Shown here: positions 19,063 through 28,401 of the stretch, one piece after another
Numbering within the stretch: position 1 is the stretch's first letter
How the letters are laid out: the number at the start of each line of letters is the position of its first letter
NCBI GenBank assembly: GCA_963605025.1
Contig: CAVCSZ010000006.1
Coordinates: forward strand, 51 to 64,050
DNA length: 64,000 nt
DNA from: a bacterium
GTDB lineage: Bacteria; Bacillota_I; Bacilli_A; RFN20; CAG-826
Reading direction: 5' to 3'
The notes under the pieces: generated by a model
The model's database searches: none
What the model was told of the DNA's origin: nothing
Seen by the model: the letters and a program-made list of their open reading frames with translations, nothing else
Program-made: the position numbers and the translations under genes

Positions 19063-19366
19063 TAAAGAGAAGAAGTTCCTTAAAAAATATTCATTAGAAA
19101 AAGGAGTTGTAAAAATCAATATAGGAAAAGATTTAATTGAAGAAAATCAAATTAATAATATTAAAAACGCTTTAAAAGCTCATGAAATTGTTAAAATTTC
19201 ATTACTAAATAATTCATTTGAAGATACAAATGATAAAAATGAAATTTTTGTTCAAATTGTTGATGCTTTAAATTGTGAAGTTGTTGATAAAATTGGAAAT
19301 ACTATATTAGTTTATAAACCTAATTTAGAATTAAAAAATAGAATTATTATTCCTAAAAAATTATAA
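19052..19366 (+). CDS. yhbY: CRM-domain RNA-binding protein YhbY/YqeI
   Basis: 104 aa. Family-like sequence (KINIGK...IVKISLL), in the conserved position after yqeH. Confidence 0.75.
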   Translation: MLNNKEKKFLKKYSLEKGVVKINIGKDLIEENQINNIKNALKAHEIVKISLLNNSFEDTNDKNEIFVQIVDALNCEVVDKIGNTILVYKPNLELKNRIIIPKKL

Positions 19367-19369
19367 ATT

Positions 19370-19963
19370 ATGTATGGATACAAAATAGAAATTAACGATG
19401 ATCATTTCATTGTTGATGAAAAAATTAATAATTTTTTAAAAGAAAACTTAAATGAAAGTAGATATAATCATTCTTTTAGTGTTGCTATTTTATCTTATGA
19501 AATCGCTAAAAAAAATAATTTAAACGAACCTTTAAAATATTTTTTAGCTGGATTATTACATGATGTTGGTAAATATAAAAATATTGATGATTCTAAAAAA
19601 ATCATGCAATTATATTTTAAAAATTATTTAGATTTACCATGTTATACTTATCATTCCTTTGTTGGAGCTAAAATGATAGAAGAAGAGTTAAAAATTAAGG
19701 ATAAAGAATTTTTAGAAGCAATAATGTTCCATACTACAGGAAATGAAAATTTAACTGATTTGGCTTTAGTATTATTTGCAGCAGATAAAATTGAACCTAC
19801 AAGAAAATATAATTCTTATGATTTAATATTAAAAATGTTTAATGATTATAAAACTGGATTTAAAGACGTTATATTTGAAGTAGATAAATTTTTAGCTTCA
19901 CAAAATAATGAAGATAATTATTTATCAGAAAAAATGCGCAAATTTTATTTAAATAAGGAGTAA
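19370..19963 (+). CDS. yqeK: HD-domain protein YqeK (Ap4A hydrolase family)
   Basis: 197 aa with HS...LLHDVGK HD motifs. In the conserved position before rsfS. Confidence 0.8.
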   Translation: MYGYKIEINDDHFIVDEKINNFLKENLNESRYNHSFSVAILSYEIAKKNNLNEPLKYFLAGLLHDVGKYKNIDDSKKIMQLYFKNYLDLPCYTYHSFVGAKMIEEELKIKDKEFLEAIMFHTTGNENLTDLALVLFAADKIEPTRKYNSYDLILKMFNDYKTGFKDVIFEVDKFLASQNNEDNYLSEKMRKFYLNKE

Positions 19964-19968
19964 AAAAA

Positions 19969-20283
19969 ATGGATATTAATGAAAAAAATAAAATTATTAT
20001 AAATGCTATAGAAGAGAAAAAAGGTGAAGATATTAAAGTTTATGATGTAAATAATTCGATATGTGACTATGTAATTATTGCAACAGCTTTAAATGATAAA
20101 AATGCATACGCTATATGTGAAAATATTACTGAAAAACTTGAATTAGCAAATTTAAATTATAAATCAATTGAAGGTAAGAATACTCCATGGATTATCATTG
20201 ATGCATATGACGTTATTGTTCATATTTTTTCTGCATCTGAAAGAGAACATTTTGATTTAGATTCTTTTTTATCATCAAAATAG
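19969..20283 (+). CDS. rsfS: ribosomal silencing factor RsfS
   Basis: 104 aa with the typical KKGEDIKVYDV...CDYVIIAT. AAGGAG lies upstream. Confidence 0.85.
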   Translation: MDINEKNKIIINAIEEKKGEDIKVYDVNNSICDYVIIATALNDKNAYAICENITEKLELANLNYKSIEGKNTPWIIIDAYDVIVHIFSASEREHFDLDSFLSSK

Positions 20284-20329
20284 GGTTAAAAATAAGGTTA
20301 AATATAATCTTATTTTTTATAATATATTA

Positions 20330-20357
20330 ACTTCGTATAATATCTATTATGTAAAAC
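20330..20357 (+). other. dif: candidate dif site (XerC/XerD chromosome dimer resolution site)
   Basis: ACTTCGTATAATATCTATTATGTAAAAC matches the B. subtilis dif sequence as I recall it (ACTTCCTAGAATATATATTATGTAAACT) at 23 of 28 positions by manual alignment. It lies in the convergent spacer where gene orientation flips. Confidence 0.7.
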
Positions 20358-20359
20358 AA

Positions 20360-20869
20360 TTAAGAAATAATTATAGTTTCTAAATTATTATATGTTTTTG
20401 AATTTATATAATTAATTAAATTTAAATAAGATTTTATTATTTTATCGTAATAAATATCCAAAATTTTTCCAAATGGTTCTTTAGAATTGATAAAATCTTC
20501 ATAGTTTATATATTTTTTATTTATAAAATGAATTTTTTTAATATCAGCTTGGAAATCAAGATTTAAATTAATATATGGTAAAATTCCAACTGAAACTGAA
20601 TCTAAATTTAAATAATTATTTTCTTTTAAAGATAAAGGGCAAATTAAAACCTCATCACAAGTTTTGAATGAATTATTTAAAATTATACAAAAATTGTAAT
20701 GAGATTTTTTGGTGTCATAATATCTACAAATAGTATTTGTTTTAAATTCTAAATTATTAATATTACCTAATTTGTTTAAATTATAGCTTTCTTCTATAGT
20801 TTTATTTATTTTTTGATAATTTTTAGATGATTTATATGATGTAAATCTATAAATTAATTGATTTTTCAT
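20360..20869 (-). CDS. hypothetical protein (possible PemK/MazF-like core)
   Basis: 169 aa with a good RBS (AAGGAG 8 nt upstream). No confident family. See findings for the tentative toxin-fold resemblance. Confidence 0.6.
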   Translation of the reverse strand: MKNQLIYRFTSYKSSKNYQKINKTIEESYNLNKLGNINNLEFKTNTICRYYDTKKSHYNFCIILNNSFKTCDEVLICPLSLKENNYLNLDSVSVGILPYINLNLDFQADIKKIHFINKKYINYEDFINSKEPFGKILDIYYDKIIKSYLNLINYINSKTYNNLETIIIS

Positions 20870-20945
20870 AATTTTACTCCTTTAATTATGTGTTCTTACT
20901 AATCAAGAAGTAATCAAATTTAAAAATTATCCAAAATTACGTAAA

Positions 20946-22163
20946 TTATTCAAAAATTTCTTTAATTGTTTCTCCAACCATAGTTTGATCTTTTTTAAGA
21001 TCAAAATTTGTTAAGATAGTATCACCAATACATGCAAATGATGTAAAATCACCTAAATATCTGCCATTAGTTATAGATTTAGAATATACGATTAGAGGGA
21101 CTTTTTCACGTGTGTGATCACTGCCTTTCCAAGTAGGATCGTTGCCATGATCTGCTGTAATCATTAATAAATCATCATCTCTTAATAATTTAACGAGTTG
21201 AGTTAATTTTTCATCAAATTCTTCAATACATTTTCCATATCCTACAGGATTTCTTCTATGTCCATATTCGCTGTCAAATTCAACTAAATTAACAAAACAA
21301 AAGCCATTATCAAAGGATTTATCATTTACTAGTTCCATTGTTTTATCCATTCCATCTACGTTAGATTTAATAGAAACTGTTGTAGAAACACCACTTCCAT
21401 TAAAAATATCATTGATTTTTCCAACACATCTAACTGGAACATTATTATCTTTTAAAATATTCATTGCAGTTATTCCTGAAGGAGAAATTGTGTAATCATG
21501 TCTATTTGGAGTTCTTTTAAAAGTATCTTTTGTTTTTCCGATAAATGGTCTAGCAATAATTCTTCCTACAAACCATTCATCTTTCATACATAATTCTCTA
21601 GCTATATGACAAACGCGATATAATTCATCTAAACCAACTGTTTCTTCACTAGCACAAATTTGTAAAACGCTATCGCTTGATGTATAAATAATTAATTTAC
21701 CTGTTTTTAAAGATTCTTCTCCTAATTCTTTTAAAATTTCAGTACCACTTGAAGCATAATTACCAATAAATTGATAGCCAGTTTGTTTTTCAAGTTCGTC
21801 TATTAATTCTTTTGGAAAACCAGTTTCTGTAAAAGTTTGGAAAGGTTTTGTTGTATTAATGCCCATCATTTCCCAATGTCCAGTCATAGTATCTTTTCCT
21901 TGACTAATTTCATTTAATTTTATTGTATATGAATTTTTGTGTGAAACTATATTAGTTCCTTTAATTTCATCTAAATCAGCAATACCTAATGAATTTAATT
22001 CTGGTACATTTAATCCATTTTCAAATTTTTCTGAAATGTGCTTCCAAGTATTTGCGCCAAAATCATTTACTTCTTTATTTTGATAAAAAAATTGACTATC
22101 TTTAGCGTCTCCAATTCCTACACTATCCATAACAATTGTGAATATTCTTTTAAATTTTTTCAT
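20946..22163 (-). CDS. deoB: phosphopentomutase
   Basis: 405 aa with DSVGIG, TGHWEMMG and ADHGNDPT motifs. Confidence 0.95.
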   Translation of the reverse strand: MKKFKRIFTIVMDSVGIGDAKDSQFFYQNKEVNDFGANTWKHISEKFENGLNVPELNSLGIADLDEIKGTNIVSHKNSYTIKLNEISQGKDTMTGHWEMMGINTTKPFQTFTETGFPKELIDELEKQTGYQFIGNYASSGTEILKELGEESLKTGKLIIYTSSDSVLQICASEETVGLDELYRVCHIARELCMKDEWFVGRIIARPFIGKTKDTFKRTPNRHDYTISPSGITAMNILKDNNVPVRCVGKINDIFNGSGVSTTVSIKSNVDGMDKTMELVNDKSFDNGFCFVNLVEFDSEYGHRRNPVGYGKCIEEFDEKLTQLVKLLRDDDLLMITADHGNDPTWKGSDHTREKVPLIVYSKSITNGRYLGDFTSFACIGDTILTNFDLKKDQTMVGETIKEIFE

Positions 22164-22193
22164 ATAATTATTCCTTTTTTTCTATATTATAAT

Positions 22194-23081
22194 TTATTTT
22201 TTATCCCAATACAAATCATATACTTTTAGCTTCTTCTCTTCTGTTATATGGGTATAAATTTCAGTTGTTTCTATATTAGTATGTCCAAGAATTTCTTGAA
22301 CAGACCTTAAATCTGCTCCATTTTCTAATAAATGAGTAGCTAAAGAGTGTCTTAATGAATGAGGAGATATGATTTTATTTATATTTAAATCATTAATTGC
22401 TTTTTTAATAATTGTAAAAATATATTGTCTTGAGATTTTTTTACCATTTTTATTTAAAAAAAGTATATTTTTATCAATAATCTTGCTTTTATTTCTAATA
22501 TTTTTAGTGTAATTATTAATATTACTCAAACAATCATTATTTATAGGTACTTCTCTTTCTTTTCTACCTTTACCTTTAATTTTTATTAATTTTTCTATTG
22601 TATTGATATTTTTTATTTCTAAATTTATTAATTCTGATACTCTTAATCCACATGAATACATTAAATAAATCATACAAAAATTACGATAATCTTTATCGCT
22701 TAAATTAGATTTTTCATTAAAATAATTAAGCATATCTTTAATTTCTTTTATTGTTAAATAAGAAGGAAGTTTATTTTCTTTTTTTGGTAATTCAATTGAT
22801 TTTAAAATATTATGATTGATATTTTCCGTTTCAAGAAAAATTAAAAAATTTTTAATACAAGAAATTCTACGATTTATCGTTTTAGATTTCATATTATTTA
22901 AAGATTGAGTATTAATAAATTCTTCTAAAGTATCTTTTGAAATCTCATCAGTATCAGAAATCTTTAATTCATTAGCAAAAATTATTAAATCTTGTTTATA
23001 ACTTATCAAAGTATTTTGAGATAAATTTTTTTCAACTTTTAAATATTTTAAATATTTATTGAATGCTTCATTTATTTTCAT
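22194..23081 (-). CDS. xerD: tyrosine recombinase, XerC/XerD type
   Basis: Catalytic signature GLRVSEL, HSLRHSLATHL and LGHTNIETTEIYTH. The track start at 23096 is GTG. I prefer the ATG at 23081 (MKINEAF...). Called xerD from its neighbourhood with deoB. XerC cannot be excluded. Confidence 0.8.
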   Translation of the reverse strand: MKINEAFNKYLKYLKVEKNLSQNTLISYKQDLIIFANELKISDTDEISKDTLEEFINTQSLNNMKSKTINRRISCIKNFLIFLETENINHNILKSIELPKKENKLPSYLTIKEIKDMLNYFNEKSNLSDKDYRNFCMIYLMYSCGLRVSELINLEIKNINTIEKLIKIKGKGRKEREVPINNDCLSNINNYTKNIRNKSKIIDKNILFLNKNGKKISRQYIFTIIKKAINDLNINKIISPHSLRHSLATHLLENGADLRSVQEILGHTNIETTEIYTHITEEKKLKVYDLYWDKK

Positions 23082-24273
23082 ATTTTTTAATATCACTTGC
23101 TCTTTTTACTACTTCTTTTTTAAATTTTCGATTAATCTCATTTATTAATAAGAATGTATCAGATTCTTTTTCGTTTTGTTCATAATTTTCAAAAGTCATT
23201 TGAGTATGTAAATTATATTTCTTTTTAAGATTTTTTGCAGTAAATCCAATCATTCTAATTTCAAAATTATTATATACATCATTAAATTTTTTAATTGTTT
23301 GATTTTTAATATATTCTTTATTGTTAGTATAATCATTAAAAGTTAAAGAATAGTTAAAAACTTTAAAATCACTATGACAATCTGCAGATTTTAATACTAT
23401 ATTTATTGTTTTTAATAAATAATCTTCTTTAATCATCTTATCCAAAACTTGATCTATTAATGTTGATAAATAAGTTTTAATATATTCTTTATCAGAAGTA
23501 TCAAACATCAATGTTGAAGTTGTTCCTATTGATTTTGATTTTGGTATAAAATCATTTAATTTATCTGATGAATTGCCTTTTAAACAATCAATAATATGAT
23601 TTTGAAGTTCTTTACTTAAAATTTCATCATCTAATTTATTTAAAATTATGGAATTATATAAATCACCAATTGTATATATTTCATGTTCATTTAATTTTGG
23701 AGTTGTTTTTTTACCAATTCCATAGAAATTTTCTATTTTTAATGGAAATAAAATTTTAGAAATATCTCTTTTTCTTATAATTGTTATACCTGAAGGCTTT
23801 TTATAATCTGAACCCATTTTTGCTAGAAATTTTGTGGACGCGATACCTATTGAGCATTGTAATTTAGTTTCTTTATATAACTTTTTTTGAAAAGATTTTA
23901 AAAATGAAACAATATCAAAATTAGGATTATTAACAAAATATGAAGTAACATCACAATAACATTCATCACATGAAATTTGCTCAATTTTAGGTGAAATTTG
24001 TTTTACTCTATAAATGAATTCATTAGATAATAAATTTATAAAATTAAAATCGACATCTTTAATTATTAAGTCTTTACATAATTGTTTTGCGTAAAACATT
24101 GGCATTCCTGAATGAATACCAAATTTTCTTGCTTCATAACTACAAGTTGAAACAATTCCTCCTCTTCCATCTACTCCTATTGCTAATGGTAAATTATTTA
24201 AAGAAGGATCTAAAATTCTTGCACAAGTAACAAAGAATTGATTTAGGTCAATATGTAAAATAACTTTACTCAT
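23068..24273 (-). CDS. dinB: DNA polymerase IV (Y-family)
   Basis: 401 aa with HIDLNQFF and SCDECYCDVT motifs and the little-finger region. Confidence 0.9.
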   Translation of the reverse strand: MSKVILHIDLNQFFVTCARILDPSLNNLPLAIGVDGRGGIVSTCSYEARKFGIHSGMPMFYAKQLCKDLIIKDVDFNFINLLSNEFIYRVKQISPKIEQISCDECYCDVTSYFVNNPNFDIVSFLKSFQKKLYKETKLQCSIGIASTKFLAKMGSDYKKPSGITIIRKRDISKILFPLKIENFYGIGKKTTPKLNEHEIYTIGDLYNSIILNKLDDEILSKELQNHIIDCLKGNSSDKLNDFIPKSKSIGTTSTLMFDTSDKEYIKTYLSTLIDQVLDKMIKEDYLLKTINIVLKSADCHSDFKVFNYSLTFNDYTNNKEYIKNQTIKKFNDVYNNFEIRMIGFTAKNLKKKYNLHTQMTFENYEQNEKESDTFLLINEINRKFKKEVVKRASDIKKYENK

Positions 24274-24281
24274 ATTTAAAT

Positions 24282-24461
24282 TTATTTAACTATAATTTTT
24301 GCTTTTGCTTCTTCTATTTCTTTTGTTAATTCTTTTATTAAATTTTGTGCTTCTTCATTTAAAGAAATCATATCGTTTAATGAAACATTGTCAGAATTCA
24401 TTTTTGTTACAATTTGATCTAATCTTTTCATTTTTTCTTCAAAAGTTAATTCTTTAGTCAT
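24282..24461 (-). CDS. xseB: exodeoxyribonuclease VII small subunit
   Basis: Not on the ORF track because it is only 59 aa. Manual translation gives MTKELTFEEKMKRLDQIVTKMNSDNVSLNDMISLNEEAQNLIKELTKEIEEAKAKIIVK, the typical XseB pattern, directly after xseA. Confidence 0.8.
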   Translation of the reverse strand: MTKELTFEEKMKRLDQIVTKMNSDNVSLNDMISLNEEAQNLIKELTKEIEEAKAKIIVK

Positions 24462-24462
24462 A

Positions 24463-25668
24463 TTATTTTTCTTCCTTTTTATTAATAATTACATCAATTT
24501 CTTTATCATAAAATACAATTTTTAAATCTTTATCATATTTTAATTTATTACTAGTTTTAATTACTTCATCTTTATCTTTTATTATTGTATATCCTTTTTT
24601 TAATACGTTTTTAGGATTTATATTATTTATTGTATTTTTATATAAATTTATTGTATTTTCTAAATTTATTAAATATTTATCATTGATGTTAGAAATTTTT
24701 TCTTTGTATTTTTCAATTTTGTTTTCAAAATTAAAATATAAATTATTAACATCTATAAAAATTTTATTACTTTTAATTTTATTTAAATCTCTTTCTAATA
24801 TTATTATTTTATTATTTATTAATGAATAAGCATAATCAGAAGTTTGATTTAAATTTAAAAGAATATCATCTTTATTAGGAACCGCTAATTCACATGCTCC
24901 TGTTGGTGTGGATGAATATCCATCTGAAATTAAATCTACAATTGATTTATTAATTTCATGTCCTATTGCACTTAAAAATGGTGTTTTGATAGAAACTAAT
25001 GCTCTAACAAGTTTTTCATCATCAAATGCTTCTAAATCTTCAATTGATCCACCACCTCTTGCAATAATTATTAAATCTAAATTTGAAGAATCAGCTTTAA
25101 TAACATTTGATATTAAATCATTAACAGCTTCTTTTCCTTGTACTAGAGAATAAAAATAATGTATTTCAATAAGTGGCCATCTTCTTATTAAATTATATTC
25201 TAAGTCTTTAGCAGCAGCACTATTTTTACCTACAATTAAACCAATTTTATTTGGAAATTTAGGTAGCTCTTTTTTTCTAGAAATATCAAATAATCCTTCT
25301 TTATTTAGTTTTTCAATTAATTCAAATTTATTCTTTAAAATATCACCAAAACCATCTTTTTCAATTTTTTTAATTATAATTTGATAAGATCCAGATGGAG
25401 CGTATACTGATAAATTTCCTGTAATTATTATTTTATCACCGTCTTTTATATTTGTATCGCAATAATTAGCATCGTATTTAAAAAGAACACAAGAAATTAC
25501 ACTTGTGTTATCTTTAATTTTAAAATAATAATGACCACTATTATTTTTACCTTTAAAATTTGAAACTTCTCCTTTTACAGAAATATTTTTAAAAAAAGGA
25601 GCAGTTTCAAAAATTTCTTTAATTAATGTATTTAAATCGTTTACTGAATAAATTTTATTTTCCATCAT
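24463..25668 (-). CDS. xseA: exodeoxyribonuclease VII large subunit
   Basis: 401 aa with an N-terminal OB fold, the catalytic core (ARGGGSIEDL) and a C-terminal coiled coil. Confidence 0.9.
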   Translation of the reverse strand: MMENKIYSVNDLNTLIKEIFETAPFFKNISVKGEVSNFKGKNNSGHYYFKIKDNTSVISCVLFKYDANYCDTNIKDGDKIIITGNLSVYAPSGSYQIIIKKIEKDGFGDILKNKFELIEKLNKEGLFDISRKKELPKFPNKIGLIVGKNSAAAKDLEYNLIRRWPLIEIHYFYSLVQGKEAVNDLISNVIKADSSNLDLIIIARGGGSIEDLEAFDDEKLVRALVSIKTPFLSAIGHEINKSIVDLISDGYSSTPTGACELAVPNKDDILLNLNQTSDYAYSLINNKIIILERDLNKIKSNKIFIDVNNLYFNFENKIEKYKEKISNINDKYLINLENTINLYKNTINNINPKNVLKKGYTIIKDKDEVIKTSNKLKYDKDLKIVFYDKEIDVIINKKEEK

Positions 25669-26071
25669 TTAAACATTTATCTAATACAGCGTTAATAAAT
25701 TTATAATCATCAGAATCGCCATATTTTTTAGCTAACTTAACAGCACAATCAATTACAATAGGTTTTTCAATATCTTGAACATATGTAAAATTACAATATG
25801 AAATAATTAATATTGATTTTATACAATAATTTAATCTTTCAAATTTCCATTTATTTAAATAAGGTTCAATATTATTAATAATTTCTTTTAAATTTTTTAA
25901 TGAATAAATAATTATTTGCTTTAATAAAATTGGAGCGTCAGAATAAGGCATTCCTGTTACAGATTCTATTGTATTTTCTACATCTATTTCTAAATTACTA
26001 TCAATACATATTAAAAATGAAGTCATTATTTGTAATGAATATTCATAAATTTTGTTACGTGAAGTTTCCAT
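25655..26071 (-). CDS. nusB: transcription antitermination factor NusB
   Basis: 138 aa, helical. In the conserved position upstream of xseA. The C-terminus (KFINAVLDK) is NusB-like. Confidence 0.8.
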   Translation of the reverse strand: METSRNKIYEYSLQIMTSFLICIDSNLEIDVENTIESVTGMPYSDAPILLKQIIIYSLKNLKEIINNIEPYLNKWKFERLNYCIKSILIISYCNFTYVQDIEKPIVIDCAVKLAKKYGDSDDYKFINAVLDKCLNDGK

Positions 26072-26073
26072 AA

Positions 26074-26409
26074 TTATTTAGTTACCTTTTTACTAGAAAA
26101 TTTAAATGTAACTTCAAAAGGAATTCCATCTAATAAAGCTAACATTTCGTCAGATAATAATTCATTAATTTCTTTTTTTAATTCTTCTTTATCAACATCT
26201 TTATTGTTTAAAGTTAAGTAGAAATTAAAAGAAATTTTATTGAATAAAACTGATGCACTACAATAATTCTTCTTTATATCATTTTTATCTTCTAAAGAAT
26301 TACTTTTAACTTTACTTAAAACTTTATTTCCAATTGTTTCAAATACTTTTTTAGATAAACCTAAATTACAATTCTTTTTGTTTTGTTCTAATAAATAATA
26401 ATTAATCAT
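26074..26409 (-). CDS. Asp23/YqhY-like protein (tentative)
   Basis: Sits immediately upstream of nusB, as Bacillus yqhY does. Weak Asp23-like N-terminus (LGLSKKVFETIGNKVL). GGAGG abuts the first ATG (26415), so the ATG at 26409 is preferred. Confidence 0.5.
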   Translation of the reverse strand: MINYYLLEQNKKNCNLGLSKKVFETIGNKVLSKVKSNSLEDKNDIKKNYCSASVLFNKISFNFYLTLNNKDVDKEELKKEINELLSDEMLALLDGIPFEVTFKFSSKKVTK

Positions 26410-28396
26410 GTTCATCCTCCAAATTATCTAAAATAAATTTAGCAAAATCTTCTTTTGTAAATTTAAATTTTTTCAATAAATCTTTAAAGTTACCACTTGC
26501 ACCATATGTATCAATTCCATAAGGATGATCACTAAATCTATACCATCCAAAAGTTGAAAGCATTTCTATTGAGAATACTTTATCTTTTTTACAACGAATA
26601 ACTGATTTTTGATAATCTTTAGATTGTTCTAAAAATTTATTATATGAAGGCATTGATACAACATCTATATTTAAACCTTTTTCATTGAATAATAATTCTT
26701 TGGTTTCTAATGCTAAAGAAACTTCACTACCTGTAGCAATAATAGTAATGTCTGGTGCAGTATTTGAACTTGAAATGATATATGCACCTTTTTCAAAATC
26801 TCCATTATATAAACTGTTAGCTAATAAAGGTAAATTTTGTCTTGTTAAAATAATTGCAGTAGGTGTTTCTTTACTCTTTAAAGCCATTCTATAAGCACCA
26901 TATGTTTCTTTTGCGTCACATGGTCTAATAACATTAAAATTAGGTAAAGAACGTAACATTGCAAGTTGTTCAATTGGTTCGTGTGTAGGGCCATCTTCTC
27001 CAACTGCAATTGAATCATGAGAATATAAGAAAATTTGAGGTAATTTCATCATTGAAGCCATTCTTAATGCACCTTTTGCATAATCACTAAATACTAAGAA
27101 TGAACCTAAATAAGAACGTAATCCACCATGTAATAAAATACCATTTCCTGCTGCAGTCATTAAAAATTCTCTAATACCCCAATTGATATTTGTTCCTTTT
27201 GTATTGTCAAATGAATAAGTAGTTCCATTTTTTAAAGCAGTTTTAACACTACTTGCAACATCAGCACTACCTCCGATTAAAATATTATTTAAATTATCAT
27301 GATAAAAATTCAATAATTTTCCACTAATATTTCTTGTAGAATCATCAGTAAATGTTGATACATCATATTCTAATTTATCAATAATTTCATCTAAATTATT
27401 AGAAGTTGCAATATCAAAATTATTAATTAATTCAGGTTTTTCTACTTTTAATTTTGTGTATCTATTAATATATTTTTCATAAATTTCAGTAGATCTTTTA
27501 ATAAATGTATTTTTAAAATTTTCATAAATAGAATCTGGAATTTTAAATGGAGGATAGTCATAATTATAATTCTTTTTTGCGAATTCTCCATCTTCTACTC
27601 CTAAAGGAGCACCATGTGTTTTTGATGTACCTTGATTTTTTGAACCAAATCCAATAATTGTATTTAAAATAATTACAGTAGGTCTATTTTTTTCTCCTTT
27701 AGCGTTTTCTAAAGCTTTAGAAATTTCTTTTAAATTATTACCATTTTTTACATTAATAACATTCCAATTTGAAGCTAAAAAACGCATTTTAGCATTTTCA
27801 ACATTAGATTGTCCTAATGGACCATCTAATGTAACGTTATTGCTATCATATAATAAAATTAATTTATTTAATTTATTAAAACCTGCAAAGCTAATTGCTT
27901 CTTGAGAAATACCTTCTTGTAAACAACCGTCACCACAAAAACAATATGTATAATGATTAATTAAATCTTCACCATATACTTCTCTTAAATGAGTTTCTGC
28001 TAAAGCCATACCTACTGCTTCTGCAATTCCTTGACCTAAAGGACCGCTTCCTGCATCAACACCATCTGTAACTTTATATTCTGGATGTCCAGGAGTAATT
28101 GAATCTGTTTTTCTAAAATTTTTAAGATCATTAACAGTTAAATTATATCCAGTTAAATGTAACATAGTATATAAAAGCATTGAACCATGTCCACAACTTA
28201 AAACTAATCTATCTCTATTTATCCAATTTGGTTTAAATGGATTAGAAACTAAAAAATCTTTGTATAAAACATACATTGCTGGAGCTAAAGAAAGACAAAC
28301 ACCAGGATGACCACTATTTGCTTCGTTAATTCCGTCGATGCATGTTGAACGAATAGCAGCAACTGTTAATTGATCAATATTTAATTTTTTTGCCAT
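26402..28396 (-). CDS. tkt: transketolase
   Basis: 664 aa with SGHPG, GDGCLQEG and GEDGPTHEPIEQ motifs. GGAGG lies upstream. Confidence 0.95.
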   Translation of the reverse strand: MAKKLNIDQLTVAAIRSTCIDGINEANSGHPGVCLSLAPAMYVLYKDFLVSNPFKPNWINRDRLVLSCGHGSMLLYTMLHLTGYNLTVNDLKNFRKTDSITPGHPEYKVTDGVDAGSGPLGQGIAEAVGMALAETHLREVYGEDLINHYTYCFCGDGCLQEGISQEAISFAGFNKLNKLILLYDSNNVTLDGPLGQSNVENAKMRFLASNWNVINVKNGNNLKEISKALENAKGEKNRPTVIILNTIIGFGSKNQGTSKTHGAPLGVEDGEFAKKNYNYDYPPFKIPDSIYENFKNTFIKRSTEIYEKYINRYTKLKVEKPELINNFDIATSNNLDEIIDKLEYDVSTFTDDSTRNISGKLLNFYHDNLNNILIGGSADVASSVKTALKNGTTYSFDNTKGTNINWGIREFLMTAAGNGILLHGGLRSYLGSFLVFSDYAKGALRMASMMKLPQIFLYSHDSIAVGEDGPTHEPIEQLAMLRSLPNFNVIRPCDAKETYGAYRMALKSKETPTAIILTRQNLPLLANSLYNGDFEKGAYIISSSNTAPDITIIATGSEVSLALETKELLFNEKGLNIDVVSMPSYNKFLEQSKDYQKSVIRCKKDKVFSIEMLSTFGWYRFSDHPYGIDTYGASGNFKDLLKKFKFTKEDFAKFILDNLEDEHD

Positions 28397-28401
28397 AGGT
28401 A

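Noticed and set aside
20869-20896. A possible second dif-like half-site (TTATGT at 20886-20891) on the other side of the 169-aa gene, which would bracket an integrated element.
   Set aside because: Only the TTATGT hexamer matches. The flanking positions did not align to either dif arm when compared base by base.
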